Source: Nitrososphaerota archaeon
GTDB lineage: Archaea > Thermoproteota > Nitrososphaeria > Nitrososphaerales > Nitrosopumilaceae
Assembly (NCBI GenBank): GCA_022573895.1
Contig: JACZTB010000009.1
Span: forward strand, 11,136 to 43,135
Direction of reading: 5' to 3'
Length of the DNA: 32,000 nucleotides
Each line of letters begins with the position of its first letter. Within the stretch, counting starts at the first letter, position 1. A model generated the notes under the pieces. It was given only the letters and a program-made list of their open reading frames with translations. It was not told the origin of the DNA and made no database searches. Below, one piece after another: positions 25,059 through 32,000 of the stretch. Position numbers and translations under genes: made by a program.

Positions 25059-25193
25059 TCAGTGAGATTTTCCTGTTGGGTGAGGTTCAGTGTTTTCATC
25101 ATGGCAATCACAGGAACATAGATGTGTCTTATGATTATTCATGCAATCAATACACTCAAAGTGCTTCCTTGTTTCGCATGCAGCGCAAATCAT
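25059..25193 (-). CDS. 44-aa Cys/His-rich microprotein (not in the ORF track)
   Basis: My translation of the minus strand: MICAACETRKHFECIDCMNNHKTHLCSCDCHDENTEPHPTGKSH. It has 7 Cys and 6 His, arranged CxxC-x7-CxxC-x8-CxCxC. A TATA-like cttaaa lies about 25-30 nt upstream. Its stop codon is 2 nt from the PAC2 stop. Confidence 0.45.
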   Translation of the reverse strand: MICAACETRKHFECIDCMNNHKTHLCSCDCHDENTEPHPTGKSH

Positions 25194-25343
25194 ATACTAG
25201 TAATTGACAGTAGGGGTTTAAGAATTAGTTGAGATTTGAGATATGACCAGTCCCAAAATGAACAAAATTACTCAAATTAAATTAAAAATTAGCAAATTTT
25301 TCTTCATACTTTGTCTTAACAAGAAAAATCAGAAGAATGGCAT

Positions 25344-26270
25344 GTGTTCAAAAACAAGGCAATAGTAGTTGGATTATTTTCATTTTTTATGATATTTTCA
25401 TTCATTCCAACATCAGAGGCAGAACTGTGGGACTTGCTTATTGATTTTAATACACAAAAAGGAGTCATTTACTCAGGAGAAACTGTAGTAGTTACAGGTA
25501 AAGTAGTTGACCACTCTTACAAACCAATAATTGAAGCAAAAATTCTCATTAGAACAGGTTCAGATACTACAATTGTAGTTACTGATCCTTACGGAGTCTT
25601 TAGAGGAGAGTTCGAAGACTTTCAACGAATCCCAGGAACGTATGCAGTAAATGTGATTGCGTCATGGAATGGTAAGACAGGATTATCAAGTACTCAATTT
25701 CAGGTAAAGGGAGATATTTCTCCAGTTTCAACATTACAAGAAAAACTATCCACTGATGAAGCAAGGAAGTATCTAAGTGCAAACAAAACCAATTTTAAGA
25801 AAGACCCAATTGGACAAACGTTATTCAAATATTATCATGGATTACTAGAAGAATTAATTTTGGAACAAAGAAAAGTTAGTCAACCTACCGAAGAACAAAT
25901 GTATCTAGAACAACAAAGAGTGATTGCCAAAAATCTAAGAAATCTGGCCATTAAAGAATTCAATCCAGGTGCTGGAACCTATGGAGGGTACCAGTATGAT
26001 GATTACATTAACAGTCTCAATCCAGAGATTAGAGACCTAGTTGCAAGCCAACTTAATTTCACAAAGAACACATTTGAGGAAGCACAAAAACTCAGAGATG
26101 AAATTCTTGTTAATGGTGGAACATTCGATGAAGCAAGACAAGCATATCTAGACATACTTTCATTTCCAAGAGAGGTTCTAGAACAATTCAATCAAGAATA
26201 CATAGATAAACAATCTGAAGAAGATTCTAATGATAATCAAACTAGTGAAGAAAATTCAGAAAATCAATGA
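25344..26270 (+). CDS. Secreted protein with an N-terminal Ig-like (carboxypeptidase-regulatory-like) domain and an acidic C-terminal tail
   Basis: GTG start followed by a signal peptide (AIVVGLFSFFMIFSFIPTSEA). GETVVVTGKVVD...AKILIRTGSDTTIVVTDPYGVFRGEF is typical of CarboxypepD_reg-like beta-sandwiches. A helical middle section and an SEEDSNDNQTSEENSENQ tail follow. Confidence 0.7.
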   Translation: MFKNKAIVVGLFSFFMIFSFIPTSEAELWDLLIDFNTQKGVIYSGETVVVTGKVVDHSYKPIIEAKILIRTGSDTTIVVTDPYGVFRGEFEDFQRIPGTYAVNVIASWNGKTGLSSTQFQVKGDISPVSTLQEKLSTDEARKYLSANKTNFKKDPIGQTLFKYYHGLLEELILEQRKVSQPTEEQMYLEQQRVIAKNLRNLAIKEFNPGAGTYGGYQYDDYINSLNPEIRDLVASQLNFTKNTFEEAQKLRDEILVNGGTFDEARQAYLDILSFPREVLEQFNQEYIDKQSEEDSNDNQTSEENSENQ

Positions 26271-26514
26271 ACGATTGATAAATTCTACGTGCACCTTATA
26301 TTCAAAAACACATAATATAATTTCATGAAAATAGATTTCCATATCCTGCCTATCCTGTGGTGGAAAAATATATTCTATAAGTAACGAGTCAGCATTTTCA
26401 ATCCAAAAAAAAGAAGTTGGTAAGTATGGAAAGAATGTAAATTTGAAAGAGATTCTGAAGATTTCAAAAAATCCACTGCTGTGCATGACAGCATTTTTAT
26501 TTTTCTAAACAATC

Positions 26515-26520
26515 TTTAAA
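26515..26520. promoter_or_regulatory. Palindromic TATA-like tttaaa between divergent ORFs
   Basis: It lies 24 nt upstream of the ArsC/Spx-like start (TTG 26544). It also lies 29 nt upstream of the ATG of the doubtful minus-strand ORF 26256-26486. Inference only. Confidence 0.3.
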
Positions 26521-26543
26521 CCAATTTACGCATAAAAAGTGAA

Positions 26544-26879
26544 TTGAAGGTGTATCACAAGTCAACATGTATCACATGTAAAAAAGCAATTACAGAGATG
26601 GAGAGAATGAATATAGATATTGAGAAAAGAGACTTTTTCAAAGACCCATTTTCAGAGACAGAGCTAAAAAAGATCATTAAAATGACAGGAAGAAAGCCAT
26701 CGACACTTCTCAGAAAAAGAGACAAGATGTACAAAGAACTAGACTTGGAAAATAACAAAAAGACAGATGTTCAGATAATCAAATTGATGGTAAAGTATCC
26801 AGGATTAATCTTGCGTCCAATAGTAATTACAAAAAACAAGGCATTTCTGGGAAAGATTGATCTAAAAAGTCTAAAATGA
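26544..26879 (+). CDS. ArsC/Spx/YffB-family glutaredoxin-like protein
   Basis: VYHKSTCITCKKA (CxxC) near the N-terminus. It is followed by the family pattern DIEKRDFFKDPFSETELKKII...LLRKRDKMYKEL...YPGLILRPIV. 111 aa. Confidence 0.8.
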   Translation: MKVYHKSTCITCKKAITEMERMNIDIEKRDFFKDPFSETELKKIIKMTGRKPSTLLRKRDKMYKELDLENNKKTDVQIIKLMVKYPGLILRPIVITKNKAFLGKIDLKSLK

Positions 26880-26944
26880 ATCAGGGGTATTCTTGCTTGA
26901 AGATTCTGATTGTCTCTAAGTGAGAACTATTTGTCTTTAGTACA

Positions 26945-28057
26945 TTGTCAGAGGTGTGTAATGTTGAAATTATTATAAACCAATTTTATTACTTGAGATT
27001 ATTGGGTCTGAAGAGATACATTGCCACAAGAATGGTTACAATGTTTGGTGTTTTGATGATTACGATATTGATTACAATCGCACTTGTTGGCTCTAACATG
27101 GATACCATATTAAAACAAGGAATTGTTTTTCAGGTAAGAGCTGAGATCATTGAGACGCCGGCAATAGCTGAAAGCTTTTCATCAGTTGGAGAGTTTGAAG
27201 CATTTATTCAGAGTCAGATAGATCAGAGAATCAAAGTTTTAGGGCTAGATGAACCGTGGTATTCTCCTCAAAGGATAGGTCTTACAATGTACAAGATACT
27301 ACTACTTGATTTTGGACATGCGACATTTCTAATTAGTGACGCGGGTTCTTCAGATGTAAAGGATATCATACTTGAGAAACTTCCAAGAACAATTCTGCTG
27401 TTTACAACAGCTACAATAATCATCTCAATTATAGGGATCTTTCTTGGAGCATTGTCTAGCAGTAAGGTAGGCTCGCTTACTGATAGAGTTACATCAAGTT
27501 TTGCAATAATTAGTTCCAGTTTTCCGGTATGGTGGATAGGAATGCTAATGATATTCTTGTTTGCATTTACTTGGCAGATATTTCCTGCAAGAGCAACTCC
27601 AGATATTTCGTCATCAGATCCTGGGTACATTGGGGCATTGTTGTATCACATGACATTGCCATTAATTACAATTGTAATGATTGGTTTTGGTTCATGGGCC
27701 TACTTGGTAAGAAATTTCATGGTTGGAATCATGCAAGAAGATTTCATCATGGCAAAAAAGATTATTGGGATCAAGAAAAATAAGATTATTTATTCTCATG
27801 CGCTAAAAAATGCAGCCCCACCTATTGTAACAATTTTAGCACTTAGCTTATCAGGATCTCTTGGCGGTGCAATTATCACAGAAGCAGTATTTGATTGGCC
27901 AGGAATGGGAAGACTATACTTTGAGGCAATTACAGTAATGGACCTGCCAGTAATAATTGGTTCCACATACGTTCTCACAGTGTTCTTTCTTGTCAGCATA
28001 TTCATTGCAGACTTGCTTTACGGTTATTTTGATCCAAGGGTGAGAACAGGTCAATGA
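26945..28057 (+). CDS. ABC transporter permease, OppB/DppB-like (peptide/nickel family)
   Basis: LKRYIATRMVTMFGVLMITILIT start region, LGLDEPWYSPQ loop, LPRTILLFTTATIISIIG, and a C-terminal ITEAVFDWPGMGRLYFEAI...DPRVR. The true start is probably downstream of 26945 (for example GTG 26954 or TTG 26993). Confidence 0.9.
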   Translation: MSEVCNVEIIINQFYYLRLLGLKRYIATRMVTMFGVLMITILITIALVGSNMDTILKQGIVFQVRAEIIETPAIAESFSSVGEFEAFIQSQIDQRIKVLGLDEPWYSPQRIGLTMYKILLLDFGHATFLISDAGSSDVKDIILEKLPRTILLFTTATIIISIIGIFLGALSSSKVGSLTDRVTSSFAIISSSFPVWWIGMLMIFLFAFTWQIFPARATPDISSSDPGYIGALLYHMTLPLITIVMIGFGSWAYLVRNFMVGIMQEDFIMAKKIIGIKKNKIIYSHALKNAAPPIVTILALSLSGSLGGAIITEAVFDWPGMGRLYFEAITVMDLPVIIGSTYVLTVFFLVSIFIADLLYGYFDPRVRTGQ

Positions 28058-29421
28058 GTAGTATATCTCCTCAAGAAATAAAGCAAGAATTTCTCAAAAG
28101 CAAGATGGGAATTGCAGGCATTACTATTCTTACAATACTTATTGCAACATCAATAATTACCATGATTATAATTCCACTTGAAACTTTTCAAGAATGGAAC
28201 AATCCTAGTAATTGGATTTCATATCCAAAGGTTGCAATTCCAATTTGGGTAAATTTCTTTATGACAGAAAAGATTCCAGAACACAGAATTTTAGAGGCAC
28301 CAAATATTCAAACAAATTCAAGTGGAGAAATTACACTTACATCACATCAGTTTGGATTTAATTATGATTATAATGACTTTCCAAATGATTTCATATACGA
28401 GTTTTCATCAGAATATTCTGGGTCGCCTTTACTTCAAATGACAGTAATTAGACCAGATGGTATTAAACTTGAATTGTTATCAATATCTCTTCCATTCTCA
28501 AATTCGAAAACTATTCACAGTGAAAGAATTTTTTCAACAGATGGAGCAATAAAGAAAAACTTGTCACTACAATCAGGACAATTTGCGTTTACTCTTGATA
28601 GACTATCGGCTGAAGACATTGTTTTTTCAAAAACACAAATAAATGAGCCACTGAAAGGGAATTATATTTTTTTAGTAAACGTGTATGCAGTAAATTCTGA
28701 AGTCCAGATTCCCGAATCAAAACTAATCATAGGAGGTAAAGCTTTTGGGTTAATGGGAACTGATGAGTTAAGACGTGATTTAGCAATAGGATTATTGTGG
28801 GGAACACCACTTGCATTGTTCATTGGTATTGTTGTTGCATTTGCATCAGTAACTATGGGATTGCTTTATGGGGTCTATGCAGGATTCAAGGGCAAAAAAA
28901 CGGATGATACAATGATGAGATTCAACGATGTAATCTATGCACTGCCAGTACTTCCATTTCTCATCATACTTTCAGTGACAATTAGTAATAGCATATTTGT
29001 GATGGTATTATTTTTGATGATGTTTGGATGGGTAGGAATTGCAAAAGTATCAAGAAGTATGTCACTTCAAATCAAGACTCGAGGTTATGTAGATGCTGCA
29101 AACATGATGGGTCAAAAAGATTCCAAGATAATTCTCAAGCACATTATACCACAGTTACTGCCTTATGCATTTGCAAGCATTGCAATATCTGTTCCAGCTG
29201 CAATCACCACCGAAGCTGGTCTTAGTTTTCTAGGACTAGGAGATCCATCATTCCCAACATGGGGACAGATTCTGCGTGACGCAAATATTTTTGGTGCAGC
29301 AGCAAGAGGATTATGGTGGTGGATACTACCTCCGGGAGTAATGATTGCAATAACTGGTCTTGCATTTGTCTTTATTGGAAATGCACTTGATGTAATAGTT
29401 AATCCAAAGTTAAAACGATAA
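28054..29421 (+). CDS. ABC transporter permease, OppC/DppC-like, with a roughly 190-aa extracytoplasmic insertion after TM1
   Basis: The ATGA start/stop overlap with the upstream permease indicates an operon. GTDELRRDLAIGLLWGTPLALFIG, the EAA-like region YVDAANMMGQKDSKIILKHIIP, and a C-terminal NALDVIVNPKLK are present. 455 aa, compared with the roughly 300 aa I regard as typical. Confidence 0.9.
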   Translation: MSSISPQEIKQEFLKSKMGIAGITILTILIATSIITMIIIPLETFQEWNNPSNWISYPKVAIPIWVNFFMTEKIPEHRILEAPNIQTNSSGEITLTSHQFGFNYDYNDFPNDFIYEFSSEYSGSPLLQMTVIRPDGIKLELLSISLPFSNSKTIHSERIFSTDGAIKKNLSLQSGQFAFTLDRLSAEDIVFSKTQINEPLKGNYIFLVNVYAVNSEVQIPESKLIIGGKAFGLMGTDELRRDLAIGLLWGTPLALFIGIVVAFASVTMGLLYGVYAGFKGKKTDDTMMRFNDVIYALPVLPFLIILSVTISNSIFVMVLFLMMFGWVGIAKVSRSMSLQIKTRGYVDAANMMGQKDSKIILKHIIPQLLPYAFASIAISVPAAITTEAGLSFLGLGDPSFPTWGQILRDANIFGAAARGLWWWILPPGVMIAITGLAFVFIGNALDVIVNPKLKR

Positions 29422-29426
29422 TTAAA

Positions 29427-29744
29427 CTAGAGGTCAAATTTTCGAATTAATTCAATATTACCATCGTTCAATTTTATTGAATAGCATGATGAATTTTCAT
29501 CATTAAATGCTGCCAACTTGTTAGCAAATACTTTTTTGCTGTGACCACCTTCAGATGCTTTGTCTGATTCATCAAAGCAAATGGACATTTTTTTCATGTT
29601 TAGATTATTTTTTAGAAGAAAGGCAATGAATTTTTTGTAATTTTCAGTTTCAAACCAGTCTATGTTTTTTTCTTTACTTGCTCCAATCCATATCTCAATG
29701 GAGTTTTGGTATAGGACTTTTTTTCGTAATTCTTCTAATGCCAT
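29427..29744 (-). CDS. Hypothetical 105-aa protein (last gene of the JAMM-containing minus-strand cluster)
   Basis: ORF 13 nt downstream of the zinc-ribbon membrane gene on the same strand. No motif recognised. Confidence 0.5.
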   Translation of the reverse strand: MALEELRKKVLYQNSIEIWIGASKEKNIDWFETENYKKFIAFLLKNNLNMKKMSICFDESDKASEGGHSKKVFANKLAAFNDENSSCYSIKLNDGNIELIRKFDL

Positions 29745-29757
29745 ATTTCATTCACGA

Positions 29758-30081
29758 TTAAAAATCAGCACGTTGCGTCTTTGATCCACAACGTGGACAA
29801 GTGCCTCCTTTGTGTTTGTTGTGACAAACAAGGCAAACATATCTAACTTTGACAGAATCCTCTGATGAACCCATTCCAAAAAATCCACCACCTCGTGTTT
29901 CAGAGCTGCCACCATACCCACGCATACGATTCATGTATCGTCTTCTAAGTAACATTGGAAATGCAATAAAGAGTCCCAGTGCAGCCATCAAACCATATGG
30001 AAATGGAAGGATCATCTGCAATCCAATACTGATAGCAAGAGATGCACCTAGAAAGAGCAAATAAGATTTATAATTAACCAA
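29758..30081 (-). CDS. Membrane protein (two TM helices) with a Gly-rich linker and a C-terminal zinc ribbon
   Basis: LLFLGASLAISIGLQMILPF and LMAALGLFIAFPMLL, then RRRYMNRMRGYGGSSETRGGGFFG, then CLVCHNKHKGGTCPRCG (CxxC-x9-CxxC). The TTG start is uncertain. Confidence 0.6.
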   Translation of the reverse strand: MVNYKSYLLFLGASLAISIGLQMILPFPYGLMAALGLFIAFPMLLRRRYMNRMRGYGGSSETRGGGFFGMGSSEDSVKVRYVCLVCHNKHKGGTCPRCGSKTQRADF

Positions 30082-30160
30082 TTCATAAATTGTATCTTAA
30101 AAAAAGGTTATAAAGCTTTGTCAGTTTTTTTTAGATTTTTCAACATATTTTTTACAAATT

Positions 30161-30559
30161 TCATACAATTGAAAGAGGAATAGAATTTCCGCCACTGTCC
30201 CATGCAAAAATAGAATCATCATCATATGGAGATTTTACAATTAATGAAACTAACCCAAAGAAGTTATTTGAATCAGTAACAGAAGGTTCTGCTGAACCGC
30301 TTGGATGAGAATGAACAATTCCAAGATAGCTCATGTCAAATGGTAAAAACGAACTAGGGAATCCAGCAAATGTTGGTCCAGTCTCACTGAAAGGAGGAAT
30401 TACAAGTCCATCTATTCTGATTTCTCCATTTTTTGATTTACCCTTTAGTATCAAAATTCCTTCATTTGGATGATTCATTTGGCAGTATGATAAGATGCTA
30501 TCAAGTACATCTTTTTGCAGCAATACTTTACGTTCAAACTTTTTCTTTTTGAAAAACAT
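30161..30559 (-). CDS. Stand-alone JAMM/MPN+ metalloprotease (JAB1/Mov34 family)
   Basis: The complete E-xn-H-S-H-x7-S-x-x-D signature is present: NEGILIL ... GIVHSHPSGSAEPSVTD. The 132-aa single-domain size resembles the archaeal JAMM enzymes that deconjugate ubiquitin-like SAMPs. Confidence 0.85.
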   Translation of the reverse strand: MFFKKKKFERKVLLQKDVLDSILSYCQMNHPNEGILILKGKSKNGEIRIDGLVIPPFSETGPTFAGFPSSFLPFDMSYLGIVHSHPSGSAEPSVTDSNNFFGLVSLIVKSPYDDDSIFAWDSGGNSIPLSIV

Positions 30560-30589
30560 AAAGATTCTTCACTTCGGAGTAATTTAATT

Positions 30590-31870
30590 TTAAGGTACTA
30601 ATACAATGTATTTTGTGTTTGAGAATTGTCCAAGTTTCTCTTCAATTTCAGATACAAGATGTGGAATCTTTGAATCAATCTCATCCATCTCGCTTTGAAA
30701 AGTTTCAGATTTGATCTGTGAATCTTCCTTAAGTAAGATATTTTTGGCCATCTCCTGTTCCAAAAGCACAAGTTCATCAGAGTTAAGAGAATTTAGATTA
30801 TTTTTCATTTTTTCGTATTTTTCTAAATATTCTGAAATTTGATTTACAAATCCATCAAGTGATTCCTCAGTTTCAGTAATGTAAAACAAAGACTTGTCAA
30901 TATCCTTTACAGAAATAGAGCCAGAGGAAATTCCTTTTCTAACATTTTCTAAAATCACAATAATAGAATCCTTATTTTGAGGAAGAATCACATCAAATGG
31001 ATTCTTAACTAGGTTAGTCAAGAGGTTTTTTTGTTCTTTGTCTAAAGAAGATCCGTATTGATATCTACTCAAAGGACGGGAAATTTTTGTAAATTGTGTA
31101 TCAATCTTATTTTTTATCTTTGATTTTTGAGCACTAAACACATCTAATGTATTTTTCAAATCAATATACTTTTTGTAATCATCTGAAGACTTTATCTCTT
31201 CAATTGAATTCTGTATCGATATAATTTTTTCATCAAGTGACTGTGTGCTTTGATTTGCATTGCCGAACTTTTGATTTTTTTCTAGTTGTGTTTCCTTGAG
31301 ATTTTTAATTTGATTTAGTAAATCTGTTATTTCAAAAGAATTTGATTTTGAAGAATCATAATTTTTTAGTACTTTACGAATCTCAGAATGGTTAGTGTTC
31401 ATTACTTCAAGATTTCCCTTTAATTGATTTGCGTATTTTTTTGCAAAGATATGGATTACTCTGGTTTGTCTTCCCAAGACATCACCAAGTTTTTTAAGAA
31501 TTTTGCTCAGAGATGAGTTTAGTTTTTTTGCATCATCAATAGATGAAATTTCTGGTAGATGTTGAACATCTTTTTTGATAACATCAATTACCTGCTTTTT
31601 GCCTCTGACTACAATAATTGAAAGAATCTTGTCAATATCATCAACTTTGAGGTTATCTTTTTCAAGTACATATCCTATTTTTATCAGATCATCTATCAAT
31701 GGCTCAGTACTATTTCTTAGATATCTTATATCCAAGATGGTTTGCGATTTTCGTAATTGATCAAGTTCAGCCACAATTTTATGAACATCAGAAAGCTGAA
31801 CCTCTTTTCCCCGAGTAGTTTTCTCTATAAATTTTTCCTCTTGTTTCTTTTTACCCCATCCAAATACCAT
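30590..31870 (-). CDS. Hypothetical 426-aa coiled-coil-rich protein (first gene of the JAMM cluster)
   Basis: Long ORF with K/E/N/I/L-rich, heptad-like stretches. N-terminus MVFGWGKKKQEEK. No catalytic motif. It ends 30 nt upstream of the JAMM gene on the same strand. Confidence 0.7.
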   Translation of the reverse strand: MVFGWGKKKQEEKFIEKTTRGKEVQLSDVHKIVAELDQLRKSQTILDIRYLRNSTEPLIDDLIKIGYVLEKDNLKVDDIDKILSIIVVRGKKQVIDVIKKDVQHLPEISSIDDAKKLNSSLSKILKKLGDVLGRQTRVIHIFAKKYANQLKGNLEVMNTNHSEIRKVLKNYDSSKSNSFEITDLLNQIKNLKETQLEKNQKFGNANQSTQSLDEKIISIQNSIEEIKSSDDYKKYIDLKNTLDVFSAQKSKIKNKIDTQFTKISRPLSRYQYGSSLDKEQKNLLTNLVKNPFDVILPQNKDSIIVILENVRKGISSGSISVKDIDKSLFYITETEESLDGFVNQISEYLEKYEKMKNNLNSLNSDELVLLEQEMAKNILLKEDSQIKSETFQSEMDEIDSKIPHLVSEIEEKLGQFSNTKYIVLVP

Positions 31871-31947
31871 TTTATATTATTATTTTATGGGGATTAAAAA
31901 TGGTTGTACAACTAAAATTTAAAATCCGTTAGATTTTATGTTATGAT

Positions 31948-32000
31948 ATGACAAAAACTCCAAAAAAATCTTTTCATACGGGTTCTGTAAAAAAAACAAT
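31948..32000 (+). CDS. Possible 5' end of a gene running off the right edge of the window (MTKTPKKSFHTGSVKKT...)
   Basis: ATG preceded by a TATA-like aaaatttaaaa about 28 nt upstream. The frame stays open to the window edge. It is too short to assess. Confidence 0.25.
   Translation, partial: MTKTPKKSFHTGSVKKT

Noticed and set aside
25194-25343. 40-aa plus-strand ORF (MTSPKMNKITQIKLKISKFFFILCLNKKNQKNGMCSKTRQ) upstream of the secreted-protein gene.
   Set aside because: It has low-complexity composition and overlaps the better-supported GTG start and signal peptide of the 25344 gene in another frame. It is probably promoter or leader sequence.
26256-26486. 76-aa minus-strand ORF (MHSSGFFEIFRISFKF...) overlapping the 3' end of the secreted-protein gene.
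   Set aside because: It is aromatic-rich with odd composition and no motif. It does have a TATA-like element at a plausible distance, so it is not excluded, but the evidence is insufficient to call it a gene.
27268-29225. Alternative-frame and antisense ORFs within the ABC permease genes (27268-27630, 27529-27783, 27796-28005, 29028-29225).
   Set aside because: They are embedded in confidently assigned permease reading frames that carry conserved family motifs. No independent support exists.
1-32000. Search for tRNA, rRNA, CRISPR repeats, transposase or integrase genes, terminal inverted repeats, and known defence-system gene sets (restriction-modification, CBASS, BREX/DISARM-like sets including the SNF2 gene).
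   Set aside because: No GC-rich, structured tRNA-like islands were seen in the intergenic regions. There are no regularly spaced direct repeats and no recombinase-like ORFs. The SNF2 helicase lacks the partner genes (methylase, PLD, DUF1998-type) that define DISARM-like systems, and it looks like a housekeeping archaeal SNF2 protein.

Overview
AT-rich (by eye about two-thirds A+T), gene-dense archaeal chromosomal segment. The archaeal informational genes (aEF-2, TFB, Lrp/AsnC), the many small lineage-specific ORFs and the secreted proteins suggest a marine ammonia-oxidising thaumarchaeon (Nitrosopumilales-like). This taxon call is inference, not a database hit. I support about 45 coding regions. 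Recognisable ones: aEF-2 (5' end outside the window), TFB, a CofH/MqnC/MqnE-type radical SAM enzyme, two TPR proteins, Lrp/AsnC, a membrane J-domain protein, an HD-domain protein, a FAD-linked oxidase, Fe/Mn superoxide dismutase, an SNF2-family helicase, a PAC2-type proteasome-assembly-chaperone-like protein, an ArsC/Spx-like protein, an OppB/OppC-like ABC permease pair, an MTH1187-family protein and a stand-alone JAMM/MPN metalloprotease. I found no rRNA, tRNA, CRISPR array, transposase or integrase, and nothing resembling a known defence island. The window looks like ordinary core or lineage-specific chromosome, not a mobile accessory region. Most worth a second look: (1) a 1060-aa secreted metzincin carried on a roughly 700-residue repetitive coiled-coil stalk; (2) a four-gene minus-strand cluster around the JAMM protease (coiled-coil protein, JAMM, membrane zinc-ribbon protein, small unknown) with no ubiquitin-like or E1 partner in view; (3) four Cys-rich microproteins under 60 aa that are absent from the supplied ORF track (a textbook C2H2 finger, a desulforedoxin-like protein, a DUF5679-like zinc ribbon, a 7-Cys/6-His peptide); (4) an ABC permease pair with no binding protein or ATPase nearby and a large ectodomain inserted in the OppC-like subunit; (5) a membrane-tethered winged-helix protein and a secreted protein that each carry short perfect in-frame tandem repeats. 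Several track ORFs begin at TTG or GTG, so their 5' ends are approximate. All function calls come from reading motifs by eye; no search was run.
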